Part shown: positions 1 through 9,168 of the stretch, piece after piece | How positions within the stretch are numbered: position 1 is the first letter of the stretch | How the letters are laid out: the number at the start of each line of letters is the position of its first letter | Source: Deinococcales bacterium | GTDB lineage: Bacteria; Deinococcota; Deinococci; Deinococcales; JAAFIG01 | Direction: 5' to 3' | DNA length: 51,584 bases | Assembly: GCA_031414595.1 (NCBI GenBank) | Contig: JANNVX010000017.1 | Span: 1-51,584, forward strand | Made by a program: the position numbers and the translations under genes | Notes under the pieces: generated by a model | Databases searched by the model: none | What the model was told of the DNA's origin: nothing | What the model saw: only the letters and a program-made list of their open reading frames with translations

Positions 1-2
1 AG

Positions 3-92
3 CCATATCACTTGGCGACGAGTTTTTTCTTTGGCATCTTTGCACTGTTTGTAGTGTTTCTCGAGTTCTTCAGTCGTATGGTGGGCGGTTAG
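3..92 (+). CDS. 3' end of a membrane protein (partial, runs off window)
   Basis: Open frame PYHLATSFFFGIFALFVVFLEFFSRMVGG* ending at TAG 90-92; hydrophobic. Confidence 0.5.
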   Translation, partial: PYHLATSFFFGIFALFVVFLEFFSRMVGG

Positions 93-154
93 AGGTGTGC
101 CTAATCTTGACATTCCTTATTATCTACCTAAAGTTGGTATCATTGACCGCAAAC

Positions 155-264
155 GGGTCAGGCATGCCTGACCCCTACGGTTCAGAACAGGTTTTTTGTC
201 GTAGGGGCAAGGCATGCGACCATGCCCGTAAGGTGCGCGTTTATGGTCAAGAAGCCTTGCCCTA
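155..264. repeat. Inverted pair of GTAG-type REP palindromes (REPIN-like); second copy interrupted by a 36-nt insert
   Basis: GGGTCAGGCATGCCTGACCCCTAC (155-178) and GTAGGGGCAAGGCAT[insert]AAGCCTTGCCC (201-261). Confidence 0.75.
216..251 (+). repeat. 36-nt dispersed structured micro-element, copy 1
   Basis: GCGACCATGCCCGTAAGGTGCGCGTTTATGGTCAAG; near-identical to 35818-35852. Confidence 0.8.
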
Positions 265-301
265 TGAAAGGTCGTTTTTGTTCAAAACCAAATCGGGAAA
301 C

Positions 302-375
302 GCCAACAGCCCGTTAGCAACCACGCCAGTCAGGTGCGTGTATGTGGTCAAGACAGGTGCTGCTTTGGGGTCAAG
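302..375 (+). repeat. Micro-element copy (317-352) nested inside a degenerate variant copy (302-316 + 353-375)
   Basis: GCAACCACGCCAGTCAGGTGCGTGTATGTGGTCAAG followed by ACAGGTGCTGCTTTGGGGTCAAG, which matches the 3' half of the 47642-47678 variant. Confidence 0.6.
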
Positions 376-511
376 AAGGCGCTGTCTTGTGAGCAAGAAG
401 TAATTAAATCCCAAGTCCCTAGAAACCATCACCAGAACTTGCCAGTCACCAGTGTCATAAATTCTCGAGATGATGAGAGCAAAACTCATCGAGTGGCGAT
501 AGCCTTTTATC

Positions 512-1306
512 ATGACTAAAACCTTTCCGCAGTTTTTTTGGAGTGTGGTTGTTACAGGTATTACCTTGGTGATTTTGGCGTTCATTGGGATTGGTGGAAT
601 ACAAAGTTTTCGTGCCAAAACTTATACCACTACTGTCACGGGAAGCGCAGTTAAAACCATTCGGTCTGATTTAGCAGTTTGGTCATTTAGCGTGGCGTAT
701 TCGCAATACGACGAATATAAATCCTTATACCTAAAACTCAAGCCCGTGCCAGAAGCCGTCGAAGCCTATCTTAAAAAGCAGGGAATTGATGCCAGCGAAA
801 TTAAAATTTGGGCTTCGCAGGTAAGTTCAGAAATTCAAACCAAAGAAATAGACTGCACCGCCGCCGATAAAGACTGCAAAACGATTGTCAAAGATAAAAT
901 CGCACTGCGTTATAAAACCGTCTCGAGAACCTATTACACCGTCTCGAGGTACTTTACAGTTGAAAGCAGCAAAGTTGATCTGGTCACCAAAGCCAGCAAT
1001 GCGGTTGATGCGCTGTTTGACCAAAATATTTTAATCAGTAACTCAAACCTCAGCCTGATTTACACCAAACTTGCCGAATTGCGTTTAGAACTGGTCAAGG
1101 CAGCCTCTGAAGATGCTTTTAAGCGGGCGCAGTTAATCGCCCAACCCGTCGGCAGACGAATCACGATGATTGAAGACGGGCGACTTGGTGTCTTTCAGAT
1201 TAACGCCAAAAACGACCCAAGTATTTCTGATGTGGGGAATTTTGACACCACCAGCTTAGAAAAAGATGTCCGTGCAATTGTCAATGCGACCTACCGAATT
1301 GAGTAA
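512..1306 (+). CDS. SIMPL/DUF541 domain protein
   Basis: N-terminal TM, VTGSA..I.SD.A.W motif, C-terminal GVFQI...DTTSLEKDVRAIV. Confidence 0.85.
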   Translation: MTKTFPQFFWSVVVTGITLVILAFIGIGGIQSFRAKTYTTTVTGSAVKTIRSDLAVWSFSVAYSQYDEYKSLYLKLKPVPEAVEAYLKKQGIDASEIKIWASQVSSEIQTKEIDCTAADKDCKTIVKDKIALRYKTVSRTYYTVSRYFTVESSKVDLVTKASNAVDALFDQNILISNSNLSLIYTKLAELRLELVKAASEDAFKRAQLIAQPVGRRITMIEDGRLGVFQINAKNDPSISDVGNFDTTSLEKDVRAIVNATYRIE

Positions 1307-1442
1307 TACCGAATTAACTTAATCACTCTCATTTGACCAAAAAACGGTCAAATTGTCGTTCAAGCGTTAATTCGGTTTCGTTGTCACTCCTGTTAGTCGG
1401 TTAATCAGTCAAAATACGCGACTGATTAACACAATTTGGTAT
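1306..1442. mobile_element. MITE-like element
   Basis: Terminal inverted repeats ATACCGAATT (1306-1315) / AATTTGGTAT (1433-1442); internal hairpins ATTTGACC..GGTCAAAT and GTTAATCAGTC..GACTGATTAAC. Confidence 0.55.
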
Positions 1443-2627
1443 AAGTTGTACCTCTAAGCCCATCAAGCCACGAATCGAAAAATTTGGGCGGTAGGTCAGG
1501 GTTTGGGCTGGCACAACAAAATCGGGGTATTTAACGGCTAAGCGCTCGAGAAAAACCTGCATCTCGAGCCGAGCCAGTGGTGCGCCTAGACAGTAATGTG
1601 CGCCACTGGCAAATGCCACATGCTGACTGGCGTTGACCCTAGCAATATCAAACTGGTCTGGATTCGTAAATTTTGTTGGGTCACGGTTGGCTGCGCCAAG
1701 CATCAAAGAAAGATGTGTGCCTTCGGGCAGAGTATACTCGAGCCACTGGGTATCGGCAGTCAGCAATCGGCTGGTGGCTTGGACTGGGGTGACAAAACGC
1801 AGACATTCCTCGGTAGCATTGACCACCAATTCTGGATGCTCGAGTAGTTTTTGCCACTCGGCTGGATGGTCTGAAAAAGCCAGCATTGCCCCTGCGATTA
1901 AATTGGTGGTGGTTTCAAAACCCGCCGCTAGTAACAGCGCCGCATTCGCCAGCAGTTCTTCACGGCTCAGGCGCTGTCCTTCGGCTTCGGCTCGAGCCAT
2001 TGCCCCTAGCACCCCAGAGGCGTTCTGCATTTTCATGGTTTCGGCAGATTTTTCAAAGTAGGCTAACATCTCGCCAATCTGTTGTTGCAGCTTACCAGCA
2101 TTGGTTTGGTTTAAGGAACTTCCGTCCAACACAATCACCAGTGCATCTGCCCAATTTCTAAACGCCACACGGTCAACGGTTTCCAAACCAAGCAACTTAG
2201 CAATCACCAGCATGGGAAGCGGCACAGCCACATTGGTCAAAAAATCCCCACCGTGGGTGGCATGATACTCGAGTAATTCTTGGCTCAGACTGGCAATCAC
2301 TGCTCGAGTTTCGGACACCGCTTTTGGCGTAAAGGCTTGAGAAACCAAACTGCGTAAACGCAGATGCGAACTCGCGTCATGAAAAAGCATCATTGGTTGT
2401 AATAAATTGGTACTGAACCAATTTTCTCCTGTTTGTCCGAGGCGGTTGGCACTGGCGTTTGGGTGCTTAAACATCGCATTGACCGCCTCTAAACCAAAAG
2501 CAAAAGCACTGCCCCAAGCTGGCATCGGTACAAGTTGTCCGTGTTCTCGAGCCTTTTCGTAACCGAGGTACGGGTTAGATAGGGCTTGTGGTTCAAAAAG
2601 GGCTTGTAAATCGGTCTCGAGATTCAT
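1401..2627 (-). CDS. Cytochrome P450
   Basis: I-helix AAGFETT, EECLR (ExxR), heme motif FASGAHYCLG. Confidence 0.95.
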   Translation of the reverse strand: MNLETDLQALFEPQALSNPYLGYEKAREHGQLVPMPAWGSAFAFGLEAVNAMFKHPNASANRLGQTGENWFSTNLLQPMMLFHDASSHLRLRSLVSQAFTPKAVSETRAVIASLSQELLEYHATHGGDFLTNVAVPLPMLVIAKLLGLETVDRVAFRNWADALVIVLDGSSLNQTNAGKLQQQIGEMLAYFEKSAETMKMQNASGVLGAMARAEAEGQRLSREELLANAALLLAAGFETTTNLIAGAMLAFSDHPAEWQKLLEHPELVVNATEECLRFVTPVQATSRLLTADTQWLEYTLPEGTHLSLMLGAANRDPTKFTNPDQFDIARVNASQHVAFASGAHYCLGAPLARLEMQVFLERLAVKYPDFVVPAQTLTYRPNFSIRGLMGLEVQLIPNCVNQSRILTD

Positions 2628-2678
2628 ATTGCTTAGTTTGCCTGTTCTCTACTCGAGAATCTAGTGGTCGCCTCGACT

Positions 2679-4181
2679 TCAATCGTCATTGGCTTGTTTA
2701 GCCCCAGTCGCGTAAGCAACCATTTCTGATTGTAAAATTTGCCGATTTTTTAATTCTGCGACGATCGCCCCTTGGCGCATCACCAATACCCTATCGCAAA
2801 GGCGCTCGAGATCAGCAAATTCTGAGGAAATCAGGATAATCGCCATACCTTGGCTGGATAACTCGAGCAGCAATTGTTCAATGTCGTGTTTTGCGGCAAT
2901 ATCTACACCTTTGCATGGGTCGTCAAGAATCAGGACTTTGGGATGCTGAATTAAGGCTCGGGCGATAAGGAGTTTTTGTTGTGTACCAGTAGATAAGTGT
3001 TGGCTTGCTTCTGAATTGGTCTCGAGTCGCATGGCATTGGTGATGTCGAGAAAAGTTTGATGTAATTTTTTTAGTATTAAGAAACCGTATTGTGTGTGTT
3101 GTTTTAAGACAGGCATAACAACGTTTTCTTCGGCATTAAGACTTCTAAAGATACTTTGTTCAGTATTATTTTTACTGACCAATGCCATTCCAGCCGCTAT
3201 TGCATCGGTGGGTGATTTTATGGCAATAGTTTGATTGTTGAGTCGAATCTGCCCACCTGTTAAGCGTTCTACACCATAAAGTAAATTCATCAATTGGCTA
3301 CACCCAGCACCAACTACACCTGCTAAACCAAGAATTTCGTTTTGGTGTAAACGAAAATGAGTTGGTTCAAGATGAACTCCATCGGTCAAGTCGCGGGTTT
3401 CAAGGACAATGGTTTGAAGACTTGGTTTGACTTGGCGTTTAGGCAGTGCAAGGTCGCGTCCAACCATCATCTGTACAATGGTTTTGCTATTGATGTCATC
3501 GCGTTCCAGTTCGGCGACATGTTCACCATTTCGCAGTACAGTCACACGGTCAGCTAAAGAATAGACTTCGCTCATGCGGTGCGAGGCGTACAAAATCGCA
3601 ATCCCTTCTTGGCGTAATTGAGTAATAATTTCAAAAAAAGTCGCGGTTTCAAAACTCGAGAGTGCAGCCGTTGGTTCATCGAGCAGTAAAATTTGTCCTC
3701 CAAGCATCAACGCTTTAGCAATTTCTACAATTTGTCGTTCGGCAACACTCAGTTGCCAGACTTTGCTATCGGAGCTAAAAGATGCTTGTAGACGTTCAAG
3801 CATCACTTCAGCTTCGATATTCATTCGTTTTGTGTCGGTAAAAATACCGCGTTTTAATTCGCAACCCATGAACATGTTTTCGGCAACCGTTAATTGCGGC
3901 ACAAGGTTAGGTTCTTGGTACATCAGGTTAATTCCAACGGCTCGAGCCGCCAGTGGTGAACGAATTGGGGTGTTTTGCTGCTGCACTCGGATTGTACCTT
4001 GGTCAGCTTGGATTGCACCTGCTGCGATTTTCATGAGCGTGGATTTACCAGCCCCATTTTCGCCCATCAGCGCATGGATTTCTCCTGCATATAAGGCGAT
4101 ACTCACATTATATAAAGCCCGAACCGCAGTAAAGGCTTTGCTGATGTTGGTCATTTCTAAAATGGGGGCTGCTTGTTTCAT
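2679..4181 (-). CDS. Sugar ABC transporter ATP-binding protein (RbsA-like, two NBDs)
   Basis: GENGAGKST, LLLDEPT; second NBD degenerate (LSTGTQQK, ILDDPCKG). Confidence 0.9.
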   Translation of the reverse strand: MKQAAPILEMTNISKAFTAVRALYNVSIALYAGEIHALMGENGAGKSTLMKIAAGAIQADQGTIRVQQQNTPIRSPLAARAVGINLMYQEPNLVPQLTVAENMFMGCELKRGIFTDTKRMNIEAEVMLERLQASFSSDSKVWQLSVAERQIVEIAKALMLGGQILLLDEPTAALSSFETATFFEIITQLRQEGIAILYASHRMSEVYSLADRVTVLRNGEHVAELERDDINSKTIVQMMVGRDLALPKRQVKPSLQTIVLETRDLTDGVHLEPTHFRLHQNEILGLAGVVGAGCSQLMNLLYGVERLTGGQIRLNNQTIAIKSPTDAIAAGMALVSKNNTEQSIFRSLNAEENVVMPVLKQHTQYGFLILKKLHQTFLDITNAMRLETNSEASQHLSTGTQQKLLIARALIQHPKVLILDDPCKGVDIAAKHDIEQLLLELSSQGMAIILISSEFADLERLCDRVLVMRQGAIVAELKNRQILQSEMVAYATGAKQANDD

Positions 4182-4945
4182 AATGGTTCTGCCAGAACAA
4201 TCTGAAGCCCTCGCTGCTCGAGGTAATCGCGGGCGGATTGTGGTAATTGCGAATCAGTGATGACACATTCAATGTCTCTGATTGAAGCGATGCGTAACAT
4301 CGATTGTTGATTCCATTTGCTTGAATCAACACACAATCCCGTCCAATTGCTGTGCTGTAAAGCAGTGCGTTTTATTTCCACTTCGGGCAAATGACGATCT
4401 GAGATACCAAAGTCTTCATTAAATGCCGCAGCCGCAATAAAGCAGCGCTCGAACCTCGAGGCTTCAAGTAAGCGCAAGGCTTGTTGCCCTACCACTGCGC
4501 CTGTACTGCGGTAAATCTCGCCGCCCAGTTGAACTACTGTAATGTTATCGCTGGTCAAAACCGCAGCGATAGCCACAGCATTAGTGACGACCCGCAGTTG
4601 CTTAAATTGTCTGGCTTGGAGCGCATGGGCGAACTCGAGCATGGTGCTGCCCGCATCAATAAAAATGGTTTCGCCGTCTTTGACAAAATCGGCGGCGGCT
4701 TCGGCAATGGCTTGTTTCTCGAGACTGTTGTGTTGGGCGCGGAGTTGCAAGTTACTGTCTGGGCGACGCAAAATTCTTGCACCACCATGAACTCGTTTAA
4801 TTTTACCTTGTTTATCAAGCAACGAAAGGTCACGGCGAATGGTCATATCGCTGACATCTAATTCGGTGGCTAACGATTGGCTGCTACAAAAGCCGTTGCT
4901 GTTCAGGAGATTAAGGATTTTTTCAAAACGCTCATCGGCGAGCAT
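4178..4945 (-). CDS. DeoR/GlpR family transcriptional regulator
   Basis: VSDMTIRRDL HTH, RVHGGA, IFIDAGST. Confidence 0.95.
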   Translation of the reverse strand: MLADERFEKILNLLNSNGFCSSQSLATELDVSDMTIRRDLSLLDKQGKIKRVHGGARILRRPDSNLQLRAQHNSLEKQAIAEAAADFVKDGETIFIDAGSTMLEFAHALQARQFKQLRVVTNAVAIAAVLTSDNITVVQLGGEIYRSTGAVVGQQALRLLEASRFERCFIAAAAFNEDFGISDRHLPEVEIKRTALQHSNWTGLCVDSSKWNQQSMLRIASIRDIECVITDSQLPQSARDYLEQRGLQIVLAEPL

Positions 4946-5191
4946 AGAAGACCTTCTTTAAGTAAGATTGTTTGTTCATGTTTGTTTGTAAGCCCAGTCT
5001 ACTATTTTTTTGGGCAGTACCACAAGGCTTAGTAGAACTGCGTATCTCGAGCTTATTTATTTTTAATTTATTGGTTTGGAACGTGTTTTATTGTATATAA
5101 AACAGTTTTATAAGAGAGTAGACCAAACCGTGTTACTTTGGTTTCGGTTGATATATTCAAGGCTGGTAGGCTTTTAGAGTTTAATTAGGAC

Positions 5192-5270
5192 TTGACAAAT
5201 ATGTTTGTTTTTGTTTATTCTAATAACCATAAGCAGACAAACAGATACAAAGCAAACGCAAATAAACAAA
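5192..5270 (+). promoter_or_regulatory. Sigma70-type promoter with TGTTTGTT/ACAAA repeats (candidate DeoR operators)
   Basis: TTGACA 5192-5197, TATTCT 5216-5221; TGTTTGTT repeats also at 4969-4988 before the divergent deoR. Confidence 0.55.
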
Positions 5271-5309
5271 TTATTTGTGATTTTCAGAAATTTAATTTAA
5301 GGACTCGAG

Positions 5310-6887
5310 ATGCAGACTACCTATCCTGTCGCACCAACTTTGATGCAGCCACCAAGCAAAATACCTCTACTGGAAATGCAGGGTATTACCAAGCGTTTTC
5401 CGGGTGTAACTGCGTTAAATTCAGTGTGCTTTACTGCTTTTGCAGGCGAAGTTCATGCTTTAATGGGCGAAAACGGAGCTGGTAAATCCACGCTCATGAA
5501 AATCCTAACAGGAGTCTACAGTACCGACGAAGGCAGTATTTTTTTAGCCAAACAACCCTTTATGCCAAGCAATCCACGCAGCGCTCAACGCAGTGGACTG
5601 GCAATTATTCACCAAGAACTCAACCAAGTCCCTGAACTGAGTGTGACTGAAAACTTTTTTTTGGGACGTGAACTCAAAAATTCGTTTGGTCTGATGGATC
5701 ATAAAAAAATGCGCTTTGAAACTATTCAATGGTTAGCCGAACTTGGTTTACACCTCGAACCAGAGCGTTTACTAAAGCACCTACGCGTTGCCGAACGACA
5801 ATTACTCGAGATTGCCAAAGCCCTGAGCTTGAATGCCAAAGTCCTGATTATGGACGAACCAACCACTGCCCTTAGTGGTGAGGAAGTCAGCCAATTGTTT
5901 ACCGTCATTGACCGACTGCGGGTTTCCAATATCGCTATTATTTATATTTCGCATCGGATGGACGAGATTTTTACCATTTCAGACCGAATAACCGTGCTGC
6001 GCGACGGGCATTATATTGGTACGGACACCGCCACTAATTTTAGCCGTAATCGTTTAATCCAAATGATGGTCGGACGTGAACTCAGCGACCTTTACCCAAG
6101 CAGTCAACGCAATCTAGGACAAACAATTTTAAGGGTTAAACAGCTTTGTGTTCAAAAAAGCCAAGGTAAACAAGCCCTTTTGAACCTCGAGTTTAGTGTC
6201 GCGGCTGGCGAAATTGTTGGATTAGCAGGTTTACTCGGAGCAGGACGAACCGAGACACTCGAAGCAATTTATGGTGTTCCAAATAAGAAAACGGTGGCTG
6301 GAAAAATCGAAATTGCTGGTAAACTTGAGTCAATGAAATCACCACACCATGCCATTAAAGCAGGTATTGGTTATGTGACCGAAGACCGCAAAGGGCAAAG
6401 CCTAATTCTGGCTCGCAGTGTCAGCGAAAACACCAGTTTAGCCGCCCTAAAGCGTTTTACGAAAGGATTATTCTTAAACTTAAAACTCGAGCAACAAGAA
6501 AACTTGGTTGTGATTCAAAAACTTCGAGTCAAAACCCCCAGCCTCGAGACCCCAGTTTCGGCGTTGTCGGGTGGTAATCAACAAAAAGTGGTACTGGCAA
6601 AATACTTGTTAAATTCACCACGATTGTTGCTGCTTGACGAACCTACCCAAGGTATTGATGTTGGTGCAAAAGCCGAAATTTACGCAATTATTAACGAACT
6701 GGCACAAGCCGGAACAGCCGTTTTACTTGCTTCAAGTGATATGCCTGAATTATTAGCCCTGTGCGACAGAATTCTAGTGATGTGCGAAGGCAGAATTACT
6801 GGTCAACTCAGTCGCCAAGAAGCAACTTCAGCGCGTATTCTTGAGTTCGCAACCCAATTCAAACCCCAGTATCAGGAGACTTTATGA
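5310..6887 (+). CDS. Sugar ABC transporter ATP-binding protein (RbsA-like)
   Basis: GENGAGKSTL, LSGGNQQK, LLLDEPTQGIDVGAK. Confidence 0.95.
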   Translation: MQTTYPVAPTLMQPPSKIPLLEMQGITKRFPGVTALNSVCFTAFAGEVHALMGENGAGKSTLMKILTGVYSTDEGSIFLAKQPFMPSNPRSAQRSGLAIIHQELNQVPELSVTENFFLGRELKNSFGLMDHKKMRFETIQWLAELGLHLEPERLLKHLRVAERQLLEIAKALSLNAKVLIMDEPTTALSGEEVSQLFTVIDRLRVSNIAIIYISHRMDEIFTISDRITVLRDGHYIGTDTATNFSRNRLIQMMVGRELSDLYPSSQRNLGQTILRVKQLCVQKSQGKQALLNLEFSVAAGEIVGLAGLLGAGRTETLEAIYGVPNKKTVAGKIEIAGKLESMKSPHHAIKAGIGYVTEDRKGQSLILARSVSENTSLAALKRFTKGLFLNLKLEQQENLVVIQKLRVKTPSLETPVSALSGGNQQKVVLAKYLLNSPRLLLLDEPTQGIDVGAKAEIYAIINELAQAGTAVLLASSDMPELLALCDRILVMCEGRITGQLSRQEATSARILEFATQFKPQYQETL

Positions 6888-7879
6888 TTGCCAATCCCAC
6901 CATCAGCAAACGTAACCCTTGGCTCGAGACAGCCCTGCGCTTTCAAGGCTATTTAGGTCTGCTGATTGTCTTTTTGATCGGACTGATTTTTTCACCAGTC
7001 CGCGATGGCAGCAATTTATTTGTAGATCCAATCAACCAAGCCAATATCCTGCGTGATATTGCAGAAACAGGGATTATCGCCGTTGGCATGACCTTTGTGA
7101 TTCTGGTTGGCGAAATAGACTTGAGCGTTGGATCAGTTTTAGCCCTGACTGCCACCTTTAGCGCCGCCATGTTGGTGCGCTTAAACCTTGATACGGGCGT
7201 GGTGATTGTGCTTGGCTTGGCGGTTGGTGGGCTATCGGGTTTAATCAACGGAGTAGTGACCACATGGGTACGAATTCCATCGTTTGTGGTGACACTAGCC
7301 ATGATGAGTTTTGCAAGGGGATTTGCGCGTTTAGCCCTGGGTGGTTTAGCCATACCAGTGATTGCTGGAACAGGCGGTGCGCCAGATAGTTTTTTTGTCT
7401 TTGCTCAACGCTGGTTTGGAATTCCAGTGCCTGCTATTGTGATGCTGGTCGTGGCTATCATCAGTGGTATTATTTTGCGTTTTACACCATTTGGTCGCCA
7501 TGTTTATGCTGTCGGTGGTAATCCGATTGCGGCTCGTTTATCTGGTGTGCGGGTAGATCAGGTTAAAATTATTGTCTTTGTAATCTGCGGTGTTTTAACC
7601 GCTCTAGCAGGGATTATTCATGCCGCCCAACTCAACCAAGGTAGCCCCAACGATGGCGTGGGTTACGAACTCAACGCTATTGCTGCTGTGGTGATTGGCG
7701 GCACAAGCCTAATGGGTGGAATCGGCACATTGGCTGGTTCGATTATTGGCGCATGGATGCTAGGCATGATTGACAATATCTTAGGCTTAAACAACATCAA
7801 CTCAGACGTGCAACTCCTGATAAAAGGAGCTTTGATTGTTGCCGCAGTTGGCTTACAACGCATTCAACGCCGAGCCTAA
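6884..7879 (+). CDS. Sugar ABC transporter permease (RbsC-like)
   Basis: GEIDLSVGS, GGNPIAARLSGV, YELNAIAAVVIGGTSL. Confidence 0.95.
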   Translation: MIANPTISKRNPWLETALRFQGYLGLLIVFLIGLIFSPVRDGSNLFVDPINQANILRDIAETGIIAVGMTFVILVGEIDLSVGSVLALTATFSAAMLVRLNLDTGVVIVLGLAVGGLSGLINGVVTTWVRIPSFVVTLAMMSFARGFARLALGGLAIPVIAGTGGAPDSFFVFAQRWFGIPVPAIVMLVVAIISGIILRFTPFGRHVYAVGGNPIAARLSGVRVDQVKIIVFVICGVLTALAGIIHAAQLNQGSPNDGVGYELNAIAAVVIGGTSLMGGIGTLAGSIIGAWMLGMIDNILGLNNINSDVQLLIKGALIVAAVGLQRIQRRA

Positions 7880-8010
7880 GCGCTCGTTAATAATTAGGAG
7901 GTGATTGTTAAACCTAGAACGTAGAACGTCAAATTCGCCCAGCCACCAGTGGCTTAGACCCAGACACGCAGACCGTGTTTGTTTGGGAGTGTTGTTCAAG
8001 GAGAAGCACC

Positions 8011-8985
8011 ATGAAAAAGACTCAATTCTTTGCCATTGCCGCAGGTCTTGCCAGTGTAGCACTTTTTGGTCTGCAAGCCAGCCAAGCCCAAAGCAAAACC
8101 TTTGTGATTGGTATGGCACAAGCCAATAACGCCGAGCCTTGGCGCGAAGCAATGAACGCACAACTGACCTCGGCTGCCAAAAAAGCTGGAATGCAACTGA
8201 CCATCGCTGATGCCCGCCAGGACAATTCCAAACAAGTTGCCGATGTTGAACGCTTTATCCAACAAAAAGTTGATTTGTTAATTATTTCGCCAAACGAAGC
8301 CGCACCATTAACAGCCGTGGTTAAACGGGCATATGATGGTGGAATCCCAGTGATTGTGCTTGACCGCGCTGTTCTGGGCGATGCCTACACGATGTTTATT
8401 GGTGCAGACAACAAACTGATTGGTGAAAAAGCAGGTACTTATGTTAGCAAATGGTGCCGTGAGAACAAACGTATTCCTTGCAATGTCCTCGAGATTACTG
8501 GTCTTTCTGGTTCGCCACCCTCGGCAGACCGTGGCAGTGGCTTCCGCAAGGGTTTAGCCCTGAACCGCAACGCTAAAATTATCGCCAGCCCGACCTCGGA
8601 ATGGCTGCGCGAAAAAGCTGTCGCCGTGGCTGCTGCTGCTTTCCAAGCCAACAGAAAAATTGACGTAGTATACGGACACAACGACCCATCAACCGAAGGT
8701 GGTTACTTAGCCGCCAAAAACGCCGGAAAAGACCTCTCAAAAATCTTATTCGTCGGAATTGACGCGCTACCATCACCAGATGGCGGGATTATGGCAGTCA
8801 TCGAAGGTCGTTTGGGAGCAAGTTATGTTTACCCAACAGGCTCAGCCGAAGCCATCGAATGGGCAGGAAAAATCCTAACCCAAAATGCCAAACCACCCAA
8901 GAAAGTGGTCTTAGGAACAACCGAAGTCTACCCAAGCAATGCAATGGCAGTCTGCAAGCAATACGACTGCCCAGCCGCAAGATAA
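8011..8985 (+). CDS. Sugar ABC transporter substrate-binding protein (RbsB-like)
   Basis: AAGGAG RBS before ATG 8011, signal peptide, VDLLIISP, IPVIVLDR, GHND. Confidence 0.92.
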   Translation: MKKTQFFAIAAGLASVALFGLQASQAQSKTFVIGMAQANNAEPWREAMNAQLTSAAKKAGMQLTIADARQDNSKQVADVERFIQQKVDLLIISPNEAAPLTAVVKRAYDGGIPVIVLDRAVLGDAYTMFIGADNKLIGEKAGTYVSKWCRENKRIPCNVLEITGLSGSPPSADRGSGFRKGLALNRNAKIIASPTSEWLREKAVAVAAAAFQANRKIDVVYGHNDPSTEGGYLAAKNAGKDLSKILFVGIDALPSPDGGIMAVIEGRLGASYVYPTGSAEAIEWAGKILTQNAKPPKKVVLGTTEVYPSNAMAVCKQYDCPAAR

Positions 8986-9020
8986 GGTCTCGAGCAAATG
9001 TACTTAAAAAATGAACTGTA

Positions 9021-9060
9021 AAGCGAGAGGCTCGAATTATTAGCTCGAGCCTCTTGCTTA
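9021..9060. terminator. Hairpin after the sugar ABC operon
   Basis: AAGCGAGAGGCTCGA...TCGAGCCTCTTGCTT inverted repeat. Confidence 0.55.
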
Positions 9061-9168
9061 CAGTCGAACCCACCTGTTTTCAATAGAACTTTTTCTCGAA
9101 ATGGTATTCAAATCCCAAATGTGGATTCATTCAGAGACTACTAACTCGAGAGTGCGTTAAACTAAGTC

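Noticed and set aside
95-618. ORFs 95-403, 262-618, 334-519
   Set aside because: They run through REP/micro-element repeats or antisense to the SIMPL gene and show no recognisable protein features.
7896-8129. Strong SD (AGGAGGTGA) and 74-aa ORF between permease and SBP
   Set aside because: ORF overlaps the SBP gene out of frame with poor SD spacing; no supportable product.
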